Below, in pieces: positions 1 to 13,604 of a stretch of 64,000 bases of DNA; positions within the stretch are counted from its first letter, which is position 1, and every line of letters starts with the position of its first letter. The notes beneath the pieces were generated by a model, which had not been told where the DNA came from, searched no databases, and was given only the letters and a program-made list of their open reading frames with translations. Position numbers and translations under genes: made by a program. This DNA comes from Neoconidiobolus thromboides FSU 785 (Eukaryota > Fungi > Entomophthoromycota), in the NCBI GenBank assembly GCA_025603075.1, contig MU626258.1:321457-385456 (forward strand). The letters are read 5' to 3'.

Positions 1-976
1 CGATTAAAATACAATTGAGAATGTTTAGCATAAGTATTTAATAATTTATCAAATTATTAATTAAATATAATAATTGAAGCTAAAATATGAATCCAACAAC
101 TCCTAATATTAGAAAATTATTTAATAATTTGATTTTTTCGAATTTAATGAGCTTCTCATAGGTCCTTTTTATTTCAATTAAACCTTTTTTTTTAAAAACC
201 CGAATTATTTACTCATATGTACATTTCGGCATCTATCCAAAAAAAGCCAGTCAAAAAGCATAAAGTGATTAATTTTTAGATCATAGCTTAGATTTTAAAA
301 ATAAAAAAATGAACAAATATTCTGTCATTTTATTTATTAAACTATATCAAAAGAATCACCTATTGATCTACTGTTAATGTATTAAAAATATTATTATAAT
401 ATTATTATTTTACTATCAGTTTACTATTATTTTATTTTAAATAAAATTGAATTAATATAGTATTTTTTACCTATTGAACTTTTTTGAATTTTAACTAATT
501 TTACTTTTGAACCTCAATTACCAAAATTTGTTGCTGAAAAAAGCGCCGATTCCGATTAGAATAATAGGACCCCTAGAAAATTCCCATTTTTTGATTTTAG
601 CCTTAAATTTAATTGAATCGAAATTTCTTTTACTTTCGTAATCTGAGATTGAATTTGGTTGTCATTTTACGATGCTGATTTCTTTCAAAAAAATATTCCA
701 CTAACTGCGTCATAAGTGAGCTTATTTCTTAGCTTTACCTAATAAGCAAAGTATGATTGGTTTATCGAGCCTCCTATGACTATTAGGTGGGGTTGTATCA
801 TTAACTACTTTCTGTTTCAGCCAATAGACAATGCGTTTTTTCTATCTTAAAAGGAGACTTAAATCTCGATTTAGTTTAAAATTTGATTAAATTTTTGCCA
901 ATCATTTGAAATTACTTTGATTGAGAAAGTATAAAAGCTCACTTAATTCTACTTAAAAACTAATTACTCTTTCCTT

Positions 977-1615
977 TTGTTAAAGATGACTTCTCGAAAT
1001 TTAATGAATAGCAATACTCTGTCTAATAATTTTACCTTTAATGATAACCTAAAACCTAAAAGGAAGCAGGTAAAAATTGCTTGCTCAAACTGTAAAGCTT
1101 CATGTAAGAAGTGTAATGAAAGTAGACCTTGTGAGCGTTGTGTATCAAAAGGGATTGGAGATACTTGTGTTGATTCAATTCGCAAACCAAGAAAGAAAGG
1201 AACTCGCCGTGGTCCATATAAGAAAACAATCATGAGATCATTCGAATCACGCACAAAGCTTCCTCCTATCTCAAACCTCATGACTACACTATCTCCTATA
1301 GTTAACCCTGTAAATCAATTTGAACCCTCATCTAACTTTTTTGCCTCTCCATCTTCCACAGCTTCGACACACACACTGTATTATTCACATAGCTCTGGTA
1401 ATGACGATAAAATACCATCAATAAAATCACTGCTAAACAGTGCGGATGAACTAAGTGGAAGTTATGACTCATCAAGGTCAAGTAAGATACCATATAGTGA
1501 GTATCGAAGGTTTTCAGATAGTGAACACTACACAAGGTCAAACAACTTTATACTACCCCCTCCCAACCGTAACTTATATTCCTCAAAAACGCTGGAAAAC
1601 CATACCTTTTTTTGA
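977..1615 (+). CDS. Zn(II)2Cys6 fungal transcription factor, single exon, 212 aa
   Basis: CSNCKASCKKCNESRPCERCVSKGIGDTC six-Cys cluster, then the basic RKPRKKGTRRGPYKK segment and an S/P-rich tail. Confidence 0.9.
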   Translation: MLKMTSRNLMNSNTLSNNFTFNDNLKPKRKQVKIACSNCKASCKKCNESRPCERCVSKGIGDTCVDSIRKPRKKGTRRGPYKKTIMRSFESRTKLPPISNLMTTLSPIVNPVNQFEPSSNFFASPSSTASTHTLYYSHSSGNDDKIPSIKSLLNSADELSGSYDSSRSSKIPYSEYRRFSDSEHYTRSNNFILPPPNRNLYSSKTLENHTFF

Positions 1616-3409
1616 TTTAAATTTAAAAATCGTAATAACTATAAATAAAAATTTTTGTTTTTTAATACAAGTTTGCATTTTATCATAAAGGACCCATGTT
1701 AAACGGGATTGAATGTCGTTATTTTATCAACACTCTATATTTTCACTATAACAGAACTGAGTTTTAAACATTAAACAGACAATTCAAGGTTGCCTAAATA
1801 AGGATTATTGGAAATAAGATAGTATAGACTGAGCTGTTACACTATAAAGGAGGGGAAGGGGTAAGCAAAATTTTAGCTGAGACAGATTTGGAAATACCTC
1901 CCTAATTGGCTGAATTATAAAGAACTTTTTTAACAATAAATTCAGCTTAAAAGTTGGAATCTTAGAACATAGGCATAAGTTAAAAAAATATCTAAGAATA
2001 ATTTAGGAGTGAATTGTGCGAAAAAAAATTGCTGAAGCTTAATTTGCTATTTTTTGCCCATTTTTTCATTATGATATCATAAACATTAATTGTGGTAAGT
2101 TGAGTTGGACTTTTGTAGTCCACTTCAATTATTTTAGTCGGATATGCTTTTTCACCACTTTAAAAAATAACATTACTTAAGAAATGATTAATAAGATAAC
2201 GTTGATTTAATTAGAATAAACTATCAAGTGTGCAATTTACCTCATTGTTAGACTTTTGTTTTAAAAACTTCTTTTTATCGAATTACCCCATTTCAGGCTT
2301 TCATAAACATGATATTAAAAATAATCCTTACTTCCCAATTTTTAAATGGAAGCCAATCATGTTAGTTTCACCCGTTGAAAAAAATTACTTAATCCATTAA
2401 AAACTGGCTTGTCTGGATTATGATCAATATTCTGGATTGAAAATTATTTTCAATTTGAATAGCATTAATGAAAAAAATGCTAACAAGTTTCTATAAACTT
2501 CATGCTGGAATGTTGACTTCAAATCGCTGTTTTACTCTATTTCTGAGATATATAATAAGTAATAAATAAAAAGTCGGATACATAAACAGGGAATAATAAT
2601 ATCAATTGAACTTGAAAGAAACTATACTAATATTGTTTTATATAATAAAAACTAGTTATTAAAGTTAACTATTATTTTAAATTTATTGGATAAGTTTTAA
2701 TTCTATATGGTTTAATAAAGTAAACGCTACTAAAATAGTAAATACTTTTGAATTATTTAGTGACTTGTTTGTTTTTGAATTTTGAGTGCTTTCTTTTTTA
2801 TAAAAACAATTTAATACTATATGATATTTTATCAAGTTGTTTAGAGCGGTTCCATGGTACTTCTACAATTTCTAAAAGGCTTGCATTTTTTACAGATAAA
2901 CAATTAAAAAAATTAAATTTAGTGTAGAAATCATAATCGCTTTTAACAAACTAAAAAGGATTAGTTACTTTAATAGCTGTAAATAAAGAGTTTAAATTGA
3001 AGCAGGGCTAGTTGGATTTAAATGATTTCAACTCTTTCATTTGTTAATTTCTTTCATAATGAATATGATTTAAGGCGATGTATATGATAAATAAACTCGC
3101 TATAAATGAGACTATTCGCAACTTGAAAAGAATCAAAGATATCCAAATGGAACCAATTTCAACCAAAACTATGTTAAATATGAGTTTAAAAGCTTAGTTA
3201 AAATTTGATTCAATTCTGATTTTTAAAAATCGTAAATTAAGCATCAAATGCTACAAAAATTTTGCTTTTTTGCTTAATGTTAAGATAACATTTGGACATT
3301 TTTTTTGTTCAGTTTCATTTGATAGTTTTAAAAAATTTGTGCTAAATATTAAATAAACAAAGTGAAATTGAAAAACTTCAGTCTCAATTTTAACTGTTTT
3401 CAAACTTAC

Positions 3410-3516
3410 ATATGGGGATGTATTTTTGTATTCAACAATTCCACTAACAAATTTTCCACTCAAGTAGTGCTTAGAAGATGGAAAAAGTAATGAAGCCAAA
3501 AAAAACATCCTCATAT
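3410..3516 (+). mobile_element. ~107-bp MITE-like element, family 1
   Basis: ATATGGGGATGTATTTTT...AAAAAACATCCTCATAT termini; conserved core. Confidence 0.85.
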
Positions 3517-3565
3517 ATAAAGTACCTAGTTTGAGTAAAATTATAAATTAGTTAATAAAAATACT

Positions 3566-3666
3566 GTACGAGGGTGTTTTTGGCTTCATTGTTTTTTCCA
3601 TTTTTTAAGCGCTATTTGAGCGGAAAAACTGGTAAAATTCTTAAACACAAAAATACATCCCCATAC
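3566..3666 (-). mobile_element. MITE family 1 copy, inverted relative to 3410
   Basis: Reverse-complement match to consensus. Confidence 0.85.
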
Positions 3667-4232
3667 ATCTATTGTTTATTAATTACCAGCATTATATTCT
3701 AAAAAAATAATCACCTATTTATTATTAACAGTAATAAATATATACTTTAAGCCAAAAAGGATGGGGTCTTTGATGATCTAGAATTGTATTTTGAAGGGTT
3801 TATAATAAAGATTAATCTCATAAATTCATTAAATACTATAAGTGTTCGTCTAAGTACTAAACTACTATATAAAGTAACAGATTTAAATGTTCAGGGTCAA
3901 AAGAATAATATATAACACGTTGATAGTAATTCATATTAGATTAATTAAAAGAATACTATATGAAAGTATTGTAAATGGGCAGCTTTTGATCTTTTTAATA
4001 AGTCAACCTAAAAAATTAAAAAAATAATTAAAAAAAGCGAAAATCAATGCCATATGTATAGCTATTGTAAAACAAAGTAGTCAATATAAGCGTACATTCG
4101 TAAAAATAAAGTATATGCTTACCACTACTTAACAGCTATTAGCTAAATATAATGATATGCTTGTGATTATGCTATTTTTAATATTTGAATGAAATTGTCG
4201 ATAGAATTTTAAAAGTGCTAATTTTATTAAGG

Positions 4233-4337
4233 ATATGGGGCTGTTTTTTTTGGTTTCATTATTTTTCCATTTTTTAAGCACTATTTGAGTGGAAAGGTTG
4301 TAGTAAAATTCTTAAACAAAAAAATACATCCCCATAT
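4233..4337 (-). mobile_element. MITE family 1 copy
   Basis: ATATGGGGCTGTTTTT...AAATACATCCCCATAT. Confidence 0.85.
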
Positions 4338-4778
4338 CAATTAGGAAGGAAAGTATTAAAACCTATTTTTTGAAATAATATTAAAATAAAAAACATTACT
4401 TTAAAGTATATTTAGTTCCTGGATAAATTAAAATAAACTCAGCAAAAAATTTGAGTACTTTATAGTATAAATAGTAATAATAATAATTTTATTTGAGCGA
4501 TTAAATTTACCCGGGAGGCAAAGAAAATAGCTATATGGTTATAACTATAACTTTTGAAATTCCAAACATACACATTTATTAATATCATCAATAGAAATTA
4601 ATTTATACTTTAGTTTAAAAAAAATTTAAACTCATTTGATATTCTAAAAAGAGTTAAATTTTTTATACTTTTTTATTTAAATAATTTGTAAGCAATTTTG
4701 AATTTATCTAACAATTTTAAAAAGTGAACATTGCTCATGTTTTCATAATAAGTTTTATTAATAGTTAATAATTTAATT

Positions 4779-4860
4779 GTATGGGGATATATTTTTAAGA
4801 ATTTTACTAATAATTTTTCTACTTAAGTAGTGTCAAAAATGGAAAATGAAATCGCTAACA
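4779..4860 (+). mobile_element. MITE family 1, truncated (a further end fragment at ~4949-4979)
   Basis: TATGGGGATATATTTTTAAGAATTTTACTAA match. Confidence 0.65.
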
Positions 4861-5244
4861 CATAGTATCGTCTTAATTCTATTTTTTTAAAAGAACTATC
4901 AAAATATAATACTGAGATTACAATGATGATCCAAGAGCTTAAAGTAAGAGATGGAGATGTTTTTTTTGGCCTCATTACTAAGATAATAACTAGAACATAT
5001 TCTTTTTTAATGCTAAAAACTCAATATTAGTCTCCTATCTTTCAATATTGTCCCCTCTCAACTCTTATTCCTTTACCATTCAATCTTTCAGTTAAAATTT
5101 CTTGCTTGGGCTAATGAACTACCTCAATGCCTTGTTTTAAGTTTCTTTAAAAAATCAATACTAAAATTAAACAACAAATATTTAGATTTCCATATTTATT
5201 TAATTTAGAAAATTTTCCTTATTTTAAATAAACCTTCATTCTTA

Positions 5245-8058
5245 TTAGGCTTCAGATTCCTTTAAAATAGTTTCGAAGTGGAAAGGAATAAACTTTCTAC
5301 CTTTACCAGAGTAAAACTTTCCATTGAACTCAACCCAGTGAAGACGAAGGGCATGGAGGAATGCGGAAAGGCCTTCCATAAAGATTAAGATACCAACAGT
5401 GAGAATAAACCAGAAGTAAAATCCAAACACAAGCGCAATAGGACGATATGTATTAGATTCCATCTTAAGTAACCCACCAATGGTCATATCCCATAAAACA
5501 GTTGAAAGTTGTGCATGCGCAAGTGACAAAGCCCATAAACGAAGATAGGAAGCTGTGTTTGAAATACAATTTAAGCAATACTCAATGGTATGAATAGTTT
5601 GGTTAATCATAACATCACTAAAATCAAATTCAGCGTGATCAGAAACACCATGGCTATTATCTTGATCTGGGTCATTACTGGTAGGTAGAGTCGAGTATCC
5701 TTGTCCTTCACGTTTCTTATGTAAATGATTGAGGTAGAAAGGTTTACCTAATAACATCACAGGAACGCAGGCAATTGCAATGATAAGTAAAAGGAATTGA
5801 ACAGTACCTTGTCCAGGATAAAGCTCTTCGCCAGGCTTAATGTAGCCAGGACTCAAAAACATTCCAATCAACATATTCAATAGAGAGGGTGGAGAGTTGT
5901 AAATACTATTTCCATTAGCGTCTGTAGCATACCAATCAACTGTCCATTTATATACAATGGTAAAGGTAAGGTAACCAAAAATACTAAGCATAAAGAGGAC
6001 TTGTGGAATAAATTCAAGATAAATACCATAGTTATGTTTAAAATGACGATAGTTGAAAACAGTTAAACATACACCAAAAGTCATTTGAACAACACCGAAA
6101 ATTACCGACATTTTCATTTTATACGAATTGGTAAAAATTAAAGCATTTTCAGCTCCATGCCAAGCAGGATCTAAACCAAAAGGATAAACACCGATTTTTT
6201 CAGCAACTACCATGACGGCTTCTTTATGTCCAGGATACTCCCAACCAGATTTGAATAGCGTCATTGAAACAGAGAAAATATCGTTATAAATCAACCCAGT
6301 AAAGATAGAAAATATACCCATAAGCAAAATTATATAACGACCACCAAAGAACATTGAAAACTATTACATAAATAAATATATAAGGATAAATTATAAAAAA
6401 AGCTTACTTCTTCACTTTTAAGTTTGGCAAGGGTTTTTTCATTTAGAACAATATATAACGCAACAGCAGTCATGATTAAAGCATGACCAAGATCACCAAA
6501 CATGACAGCGAAAAGGAAAGGGAAAGAAATAACGGTAAAAAGACCTGGATTTACCTCACCATAATCCGCCATACCATAGGAATCAACAATTTCTTGGAAT
6601 CCTAAAGTAAAACGATTGGTACGGTGGTAGGTAGGTGGCTCTTTTGTAGTAGAAACTTCGTGTAAAATAGGAGAAAGAGAAGACTCGGAATCCTAATAGC
6701 AACGTTAGTATAACGAAAAAATAAAAATAAAACAAATACACCAGAAGCTTTTAAGTTATATTGAATAGAATCAATATCATTTGTGGCACACCAACCTTCA
6801 GCAATCAAGCATCGACGATTATTGTCGTAGTTAAAGAAATTGAGAGTATGGTAAATAGCTTTCTCCTTTTTAACAACTGTTTGCCATACACTTAAATCTT
6901 CAGCAATGTTAGCTAATTCCAATTTACGAGCATGTGAAGTATTAAATAAAACACGGTCTAAGTCCTCGATTTTTGTTTCGACTTCTTGAAGTTGCTGTTG
7001 GCGAGCATCTGGATGGTCGGAAATAGAGTAAAGAGTGGCACCTAATGACTCGGAGATCTTACGAATCTTGTTTGTAGTTTCAGTACCATGGGCAAAAATG
7101 ATAAAAACGTTTTTGCTAACTGGCTCGTCAGTAGCTGGATCAATAACTGGTTCTTCGATTTCAGCATAGTTGAGGTAAAGATTACCGCGTAAAGAGCGCC
7201 AAAGGATACGTTCAAAAGTAGCCATTCTTGCACGTGGGATGACACCACTTACAAAACTATATATTGTTAGTTTTTTCAAAATTATCAGATATAGAAGTAT
7301 ACTTTAGATTAATGGCACTTGGGCGAGATGAACTAATAAAATGTTAGATAAAATTGAATAGAGCGCAATAGCTTTACTTTGATTCGTTCCCGCCTAAAAG
7401 GTTCTCAGTGTCATGACTATCATCTAAAAGTGGAGCAGAGCTTTCATCAAAGGATCTTCTAATTCTGCTTTGGTTAGAAATGGCCTATAAATATTTAGGT
7501 TGAATTTTTTAATATTAATAATTAATACATCACGGAAGAATTTGGCGCTTTCAATTAATACATGTCTACGTTCATGATGGATTGAAGAAGTTCTTTGGAG
7601 ATCTTCATAACTGGCAATCAAATCAGTTAATCTTGAATCATGTGTGTTGATTGTAGATTCGAGTTCTTCTATGTCCTGTGCTGAACGAATTTTTGTATGT
7701 AACCCAAATTCAGGTAAAGGTGCAATAGGGGTATCAGTTTTTTCAACACGAGAAGCAAAGAATCCTATTCTATTTTAATAAAGTTCCGCTTTTTAATTAT
7801 AAAAATTTACTAAGTTTTCTGTCAAGTTCATCTAAACGACGAATTTCAGAAATGAAAGCTCTTTGGAAAGCGTTTACTTCTGGATTTAACTTATATATAA
7901 TTAGTTAAGAAAATAGCTTTTTTATAATGGCTTACATCGATGAATTCAATTTCACCTTGTTCTCCAAGACGGGACACAGTAGTATGCGCAAGTTCAAAAG
8001 GGATATAAATCTGGATGAGAGACATCACCTCTGAACGAAACAAAGAGGATTCAACCAT
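5245..8058 (-). CDS. VPH1: V-type ATPase V0 subunit a (multi-exon)
   Basis: Hand-spliced start MVESSLFRSEVMSLIQ; LNPEVNAFQR; FERILWRSLRGN; YGEVNPG; FPFLFAVMFGD; ISNTASYLRLWALSLAHAQLS; LHALRLHWVEF; GT-AG introns. Confidence 0.97.
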
Positions 8059-8239
8059 TTTAAATTGTTATAGTCAGACTACTAGTTAAAATGTTTGAAA
8101 AAAGATAATATAGTTTTAGCCACTCTTGGGGCACGTTTTATTTTACTAAAGTATCACTTTTTACATTTTCTGCGTTTTGATTGGGTAAAGCCTATATCAT
8201 AAAACCAATTTTTAGCTTCCATCTATTAATAAAATTGAA

Positions 8240-8833
8240 ATGTCAGAAAAACAAAATAAACCAAAAGGAATATTAAAACAAAGTGGAGTTATCCCAAAAA
8301 AGGTAAATGTAAACGATGAAGCTACTTCAAGGTAAAAGAATTGTTATTTAAGCCTTAATCTAAAGGATTTTAGACTTACCTGGGATGAAGTTAATTTAAA
8401 GCTAAATGAAGATCAACGTGACTCAACAATGAAAATTGATGAGCCAAAAACACCTTTTGTTAGAACTATGCCACCTGATTCGGATGACGGTAAATTAATC
8501 TATAAAGGGTTTGAGCTCTAAGTTTTTATTTTCAAGATATGCCTGAGTTAAGTATACAACCACCAGCATTAGAAGAGGTATATTTTCATGAATCAATACT
8601 ACCAAAAGAAAGTAAAGTAAAAGTATTGGCTGAAGATGAATGGGACACTGATGAGGAAGAAGAAAGTGTTGAAGACAAAGGTTAGTTATTAATGTAAATA
8701 TCAAATTCTAAAGTTTATTAAAGTCGACTTAGAAGCACATGAACGCTTCGAAAAAATGCGTCGCTCGCATTATAATATGAAAAATGTTTTAAAAAAAACT
8801 GCAAGCGTTTCAGACGAGGAGGAAATTATTTAA
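8240..8833 (+). CDS. GLC8: Protein phosphatase 1 inhibitor-2 (4 exons, absent from ORF track)
   Basis: Spliced product has KGILK, RLTWDE (RVxF-like), IDEPKTPF and [10 protein letters not shown], the canonical inhibitor-2 motifs in order. Confidence 0.9.
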
Positions 8834-9284
8834 ATAACCAACAATCTAAATAAATTTGGTTATTCAGCTTTAATAAACTGTCATTTTAAATTCAAATTAT
8901 TAAATAAACAGGTATTAATAGTTGTATATGGCTTAAGCTGCTATATTATATTAGATGAATATAGTTTTTTTAATAGTTTAATTTTCATAAAAATTCAGCA
9001 TCAAGAACAAATTATTTTTTATATTTCAAAATCTAAAGAAACAATAGCAACTATTCAATACGATTTACTTTGTTTTTACATCAAATAGATATTTTATAAT
9101 AAATAGTATGATTTAAATTAAAATCATTTCTATTAAACACAGTATACCCAGGTTTCAAAAATATTCAGCATAGTATAATAAAGATATAAAATTAAAAGTC
9201 AACTGTCAATTCTATTTGTTTAATTTAACTCTATCTTATAACCCATCCTTACTTAATATCGTGGTAGCATGAAGATTTGATGAA

Positions 9285-10944
9285 CTATTTGCTTCTCTTC
9301 TTTTTTAACACGGGCTCTAAAATTACTATTAGATTGATTTTGATTTTCAATAAATATAAATACCTGGCTCTTCTTCTTTGATCTCAACGTCTGAATCATC
9401 ATCCTGAACAGGATCATTTCCATTAGATAGATTTTCATCTTCATCTTCTGTTTTAATATAAACCTCGTCATCTTCAGATTTAACACTTTCATTTTCTGAT
9501 TTTATACTTTCATTATCTTCATCAAATAAATCATCTTCATTTAAATCTCCATCATCTACTATATCATCTTGGTCCAAAACATCATCTTCGTCATTTGATT
9601 CATCTTTAACTAAAATCAATTTATTAATTAACTTATTACAATTTGAAATTATAAAAATACCTTCATCCTTATTCAAAGGAGCACCGCAAGCAATACGATG
9701 AGCTTCTGCTGCTTCTTTTTTCTTCTTAATATTAAGTTCTTGTTCCTTTTTACGAGCTTCTAAACCTTCTTGCTTAGTTTTGAATTCTTTTTCTTGTTTT
9801 TCGACTTCAGATGTTGTCTTTTTAACTTAAAAATTGGTAAATAATTTTCTTAAATGGAATTAAAGGTTTCTTACTATATTTATGGTATAAAACTTGTCCA
9901 GTGAGTAAGCCCGCTTGTATTTTTACCAAATCAAGCTCCATTCTCGGGCCAAGTTCAGTAAGTTTAATGACCCTTTTTTGAGATTTTTGGCTATTACGCC
10001 CCGTATGACCTTGATCCAAAGTAATTTGGTTTTCTGGGCCATCTTCTAAATCCGATTCTGCAGCAATTGATTCGCTTAAACATATTAAAATAAAGTAAGG
10101 TAATCAAATATATAAGTACCGAACAACATATTCAGAAATATCTTCAAATTTCCCTAAGGATGGAATTTCGGCTTGAATAATCTTTTTTATCCCCTTTGAA
10201 ATACCAGTTACCTTCACAGAAATGGAATAATGCCTAAAATCGATATAACCGGTATCTTGGTTATAATTTAAAAGTAAAACACGCTTTGCTTCATTCAACT
10301 GCATCTTTTGGACATTTAAAGCTGGGAACATGTTTTGAAACATAGCTGTAACTAACTTTACATTCGGAAGTTTTTCACCAAAGTTATTCAATACTAACTA
10401 AAAACAATAAGTTAAAAGCCTTAATCTTTTGAACAAAATTACCAATGGTGGTGTCAAATAATCAGAGGGCAAAGTTTTTGGCTTTTTTAGGAATTTAACT
10501 ATATCCTTAGTTAATGAATAGTTCATGACCCTAAAGTTTAAAGTTGGTCCACGAGGTATACGTCCTACTTTCAAATAGGTTCCCATATCCGTTCTAGTAA
10601 AAATCATCATATGTGAAACCCCATATTGACCAGCAACTTGTAAATAATCTTTTAACTTATTTCTTTTTTGCTCCTTTGATAACGTTAATATTGATTACAG
10701 ATTTATCTTATATAGCTTACTCTGAGATTTGTTGCTGTATTAGGTTCCATCACTTTTCGAACATCTTTTACTAAGGCTGCTACAGTATTACCAACATTTC
10801 CTGATTTTATGACAAAACTCTTAGGAATTTTCTTGACTTCTTCAGCATCTGGAGCAACATGAGTTCTAGTTTTCTTTCCTTTCTAGTAGTAAAGTTAAGG
10901 ATATTAAAATAAACGATCAAAGTATTTATTACCCTTTTACCCAT
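9285..10944 (-). CDS. SSF1: Brix-domain ribosome biogenesis protein Ssf1/Peter Pan (multi-exon)
   Basis: MGKRKGKKTRTH start; IPKSFVIKSG; GRIPRGPTLNF; FRHYSI; LTELGPRMEL; acidic tail ending PVLKKKRSK*. Confidence 0.93.
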
Positions 10945-11061
10945 TTTTTAAATAACAAATTTTCTTTAAATTTAAAAATGAAGAAGTTTAATCTTAAATT
11001 TCGAAAAAAAAGTTGCAAATTGCTATGGTAAATTATAAATATTAAAAAGTATCAAGTACAA

Positions 11062-11134
11062 GCTTCTTTGGCGCAGCTGGCAGCGCGTGAGTCTCATAAT
11101 CTCAAGGTCGTGGGTTCGATCCCCACAGGGAGCA
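11062..11134 (+). tRNA. tRNA-Met(CAU), elongator type, intronless
   Basis: GCTTCTT/AGGGAGC acceptor stem; D-arm TGGCGCAGCTGG; anticodon loop CTCATAA; T-loop GTTCGAT (not the initiator-type A54); downstream T-run. Confidence 0.95.
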
Positions 11135-11392
11135 ACATAATAACTTTTTGTGTGATAAGTTAAATTACTTTTTTGTTATGAAATGATAGTGCAAGCTGTT
11201 TGTAGAATCTTCTAATATGATGTCATTGGAGAGTATAATCTGAAATGTCAAATTTATTTTTCTATTTAAAACCAACATTCTGAAATTTGCCAAGGAAAAG
11301 AGCCAATAGCAAGAAATGTGGTCATAAAAAACAAAGCTTAGCAAAAAAAATTCATCTTTAAATATTTTGACTAAAGTGGAACATAAAAATAA

Positions 11393-13604
11393 ATGCCTTC
11401 AATTACCTTGGCTAGTGCTGAGGATAAGGCACTGATTAAAAAGCATGTCCCTTCATCCAATAATGTAACTAAGAGGACCCAGTGTTTCGATATGATATTT
11501 ATTTTTTTATTTTAGAAAATACTTGCTGCAACTGTAGTGCGATTATATCAAGCCCATCCCGAGCCCAACAATTGGAGCTATACCAATATTTTCGGTGCAA
11601 TCGCATTAGTATTAGATAAAACAAAGTCTAGTTTCTTTTTTAGGGTTGTTGATTTACAGGTAAAAATAATTAAAAGGGTATGTTAAAAGTATAGCTTATT
11701 TTTAGTCCAATAAAGGTATCATTTGGGAATACGAAATACCTGATAGATTCGTTTATAACGATGATAAGCCATTTTTCCATACTTTTAGTAATCAAGTAAG
11801 CTAACATCAATATAAACCCTTTGTTTATTAAGTTAACTATTATAGAATTATGTAATTGGATTATCATTTGCTGATGAAAATGAAGCTTCAACTTTTTATA
11901 AAAAGGTGCATTCACGTGAAGAAAACGCTAAGAAAAAGAAAAAATCAAGTAAAAATCAATCAAAGATAATGGAATAATACTTACATTTATTAAGAGAGTT
12001 CAAATGACAAAGGATTCTCATTTTTTGGCGGCTCATCGAAATCCAAAACTAAAGGAAGGATCGATAAAACATTAATTGGTAAACCAATGGACTTCAAGTA
12101 AGTTTATTACTAAATTTTATAAATTTGATAATGACAATAAAATTAAAGGCATTTAGGACACCTTGGCTATGATGCCAATGCTGGGTTTTCTGTAAGTATT
12201 TACTGCAAAATTTCAAATTTAATCTTATTATTGCTAGGGTTATCACCAAGACCCAGAATGGAAAAAACTTTTTAAGGAGTTGGGCTATGATGGTGCAGCT
12301 CAAGTAATCCATAGTTTTATTGTTAATATGAATTCTATTTAAATTTAACTATAGCAAGAAGCATTAAAAGATACCGCTACTATGCAAAAAATGGTTGATT
12401 TCGTTCAAGCAAATGGAGGTATATCAAACGTGAATAAATCATTAGAAAATAAAAAGAAACCAAGCAATACTACCCCAACGCCTGCTCCTGCTCCAGTTTC
12501 TTCAATGAATAGTAACAAGCAAAGTAATTTTATTTTATTTTATAGCCTTATTGATTCAAATAATTACTAGGGAGACCTCCCCCGCCTCCACCTCCTGCTT
12601 CGAATAAACCAAAGCCAAAAGCAGCTATAAATTTACCATCTGAACCTGTTATTACACAACCCCCAAAAGGGCCACCACCACCAGTACAACAAAATCACTT
12701 ACCTCCACCACCACCAGTACAACAAAATCACTTACCTCCACCACCACCAGTACAACAAAACCATTTACCTCCACCAATTCCTAAGCAATCATCGCCAGCA
12801 TTACCAAATCGCTCAACAACACCATCACGGACTCCTCCTTCGGTTCCCTCTAACAAGCCTCCTCCATTACCAACGTCTCAACGCCCATCGCTCCCGGGTC
12901 AAAAGCCTCCATTACCATCAAGTAAACCACCACCAAAGCCAAATAGTCAGAGACCCTCTCTACCTAACCAAAAACCACCAATGGCTAAGAGTTTCCGCTC
13001 ACCACCTAACAGTGCCACATCCGATAGGCCAATAAACAATATTAATACCCTGCCACCACCGCCACCACCATTACAAGGATCCTCTTCCCCAACGCCACCA
13101 CCACCACCACCACTACCAGTCACGAATTCAGCACCTAATACTAATATACCTCCCCCTCCTCCAATGCCAGCAATGGGTGGCCCTCCTCCCCCTCCTCCAA
13201 TGCCAGCAATGGGCGGCCCCCCTCCTCCTCCTCCAGCTCCAAGTAACGGCAATGTAACGTCCAGCTTACCACCTCCACAAGGGGGTCGTAATTTATTGCT
13301 TGAAAGTATACGTGCAGGTGCTACGTTGAAAAAGGTAATAATCTGATATAAATTTTACATATAACTCATATTATCTAGGTGGATTCAGTTCCAAGGGCGT
13401 CTACATTGTCGCCACCAACCTCGACTAGTGCATTACCACCCCCTGGTGGAGATGACATTGCGTCTGCATTAAAAAATATTTTAAGTACAAGGCAAAAGGA
13501 TCTGGTTTCAGGTAAGATTATAAGTAAACAAAAGTTACACTATTTTAATATATTAATTTTTAGATGATGAAGATGAAGATGATGACTGGGATGATGATGA
13601 TTAA
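11393..13604 (+). CDS. LAS17: WASP-family Arp2/3 activator: WH1, basic, CRIB/GBD, polyproline, WH2, central, acidic (multi-exon)
   Basis: WH1 KILAATVVRLYQAHP; CRIB IGKPMDFKHLGHLG; GBD DPEWKKLFKELG...DFVQANGG; WH2 RNLLLESIRAGATLKKV; acidic end DDDWDDDD*. Confidence 0.92.
12672..12770 (+). repeat. Three tandem 33-bp coding repeats (PPPPVQQNHLP) in WASP
   Basis: ccaccaccaccagtacaacaaaatcacttacct repeated three times almost perfectly. Confidence 0.9.

Noticed and set aside
90-290. Short hydrophobic minus-strand frame (IEIKRTYEKL...LGVVGFIF*)
   Set aside because: Could not build a credible start or splice model
3251-3514. 87-aa ORF (likewise 14820-15005 and 54689-54886)
   Set aside because: These overlap MITE copies and AT-rich DNA; chance ORFs
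9253-9492. ORF-track ending QIFMLPRY as the SSF1 C-terminus
   Set aside because: Hand splicing puts the last exon in another frame, ending KKKRSK* at 9285
12947-13252. Gly-rich 101-aa minus-strand ORF
   Set aside because: Antisense shadow of WASP polyproline codons
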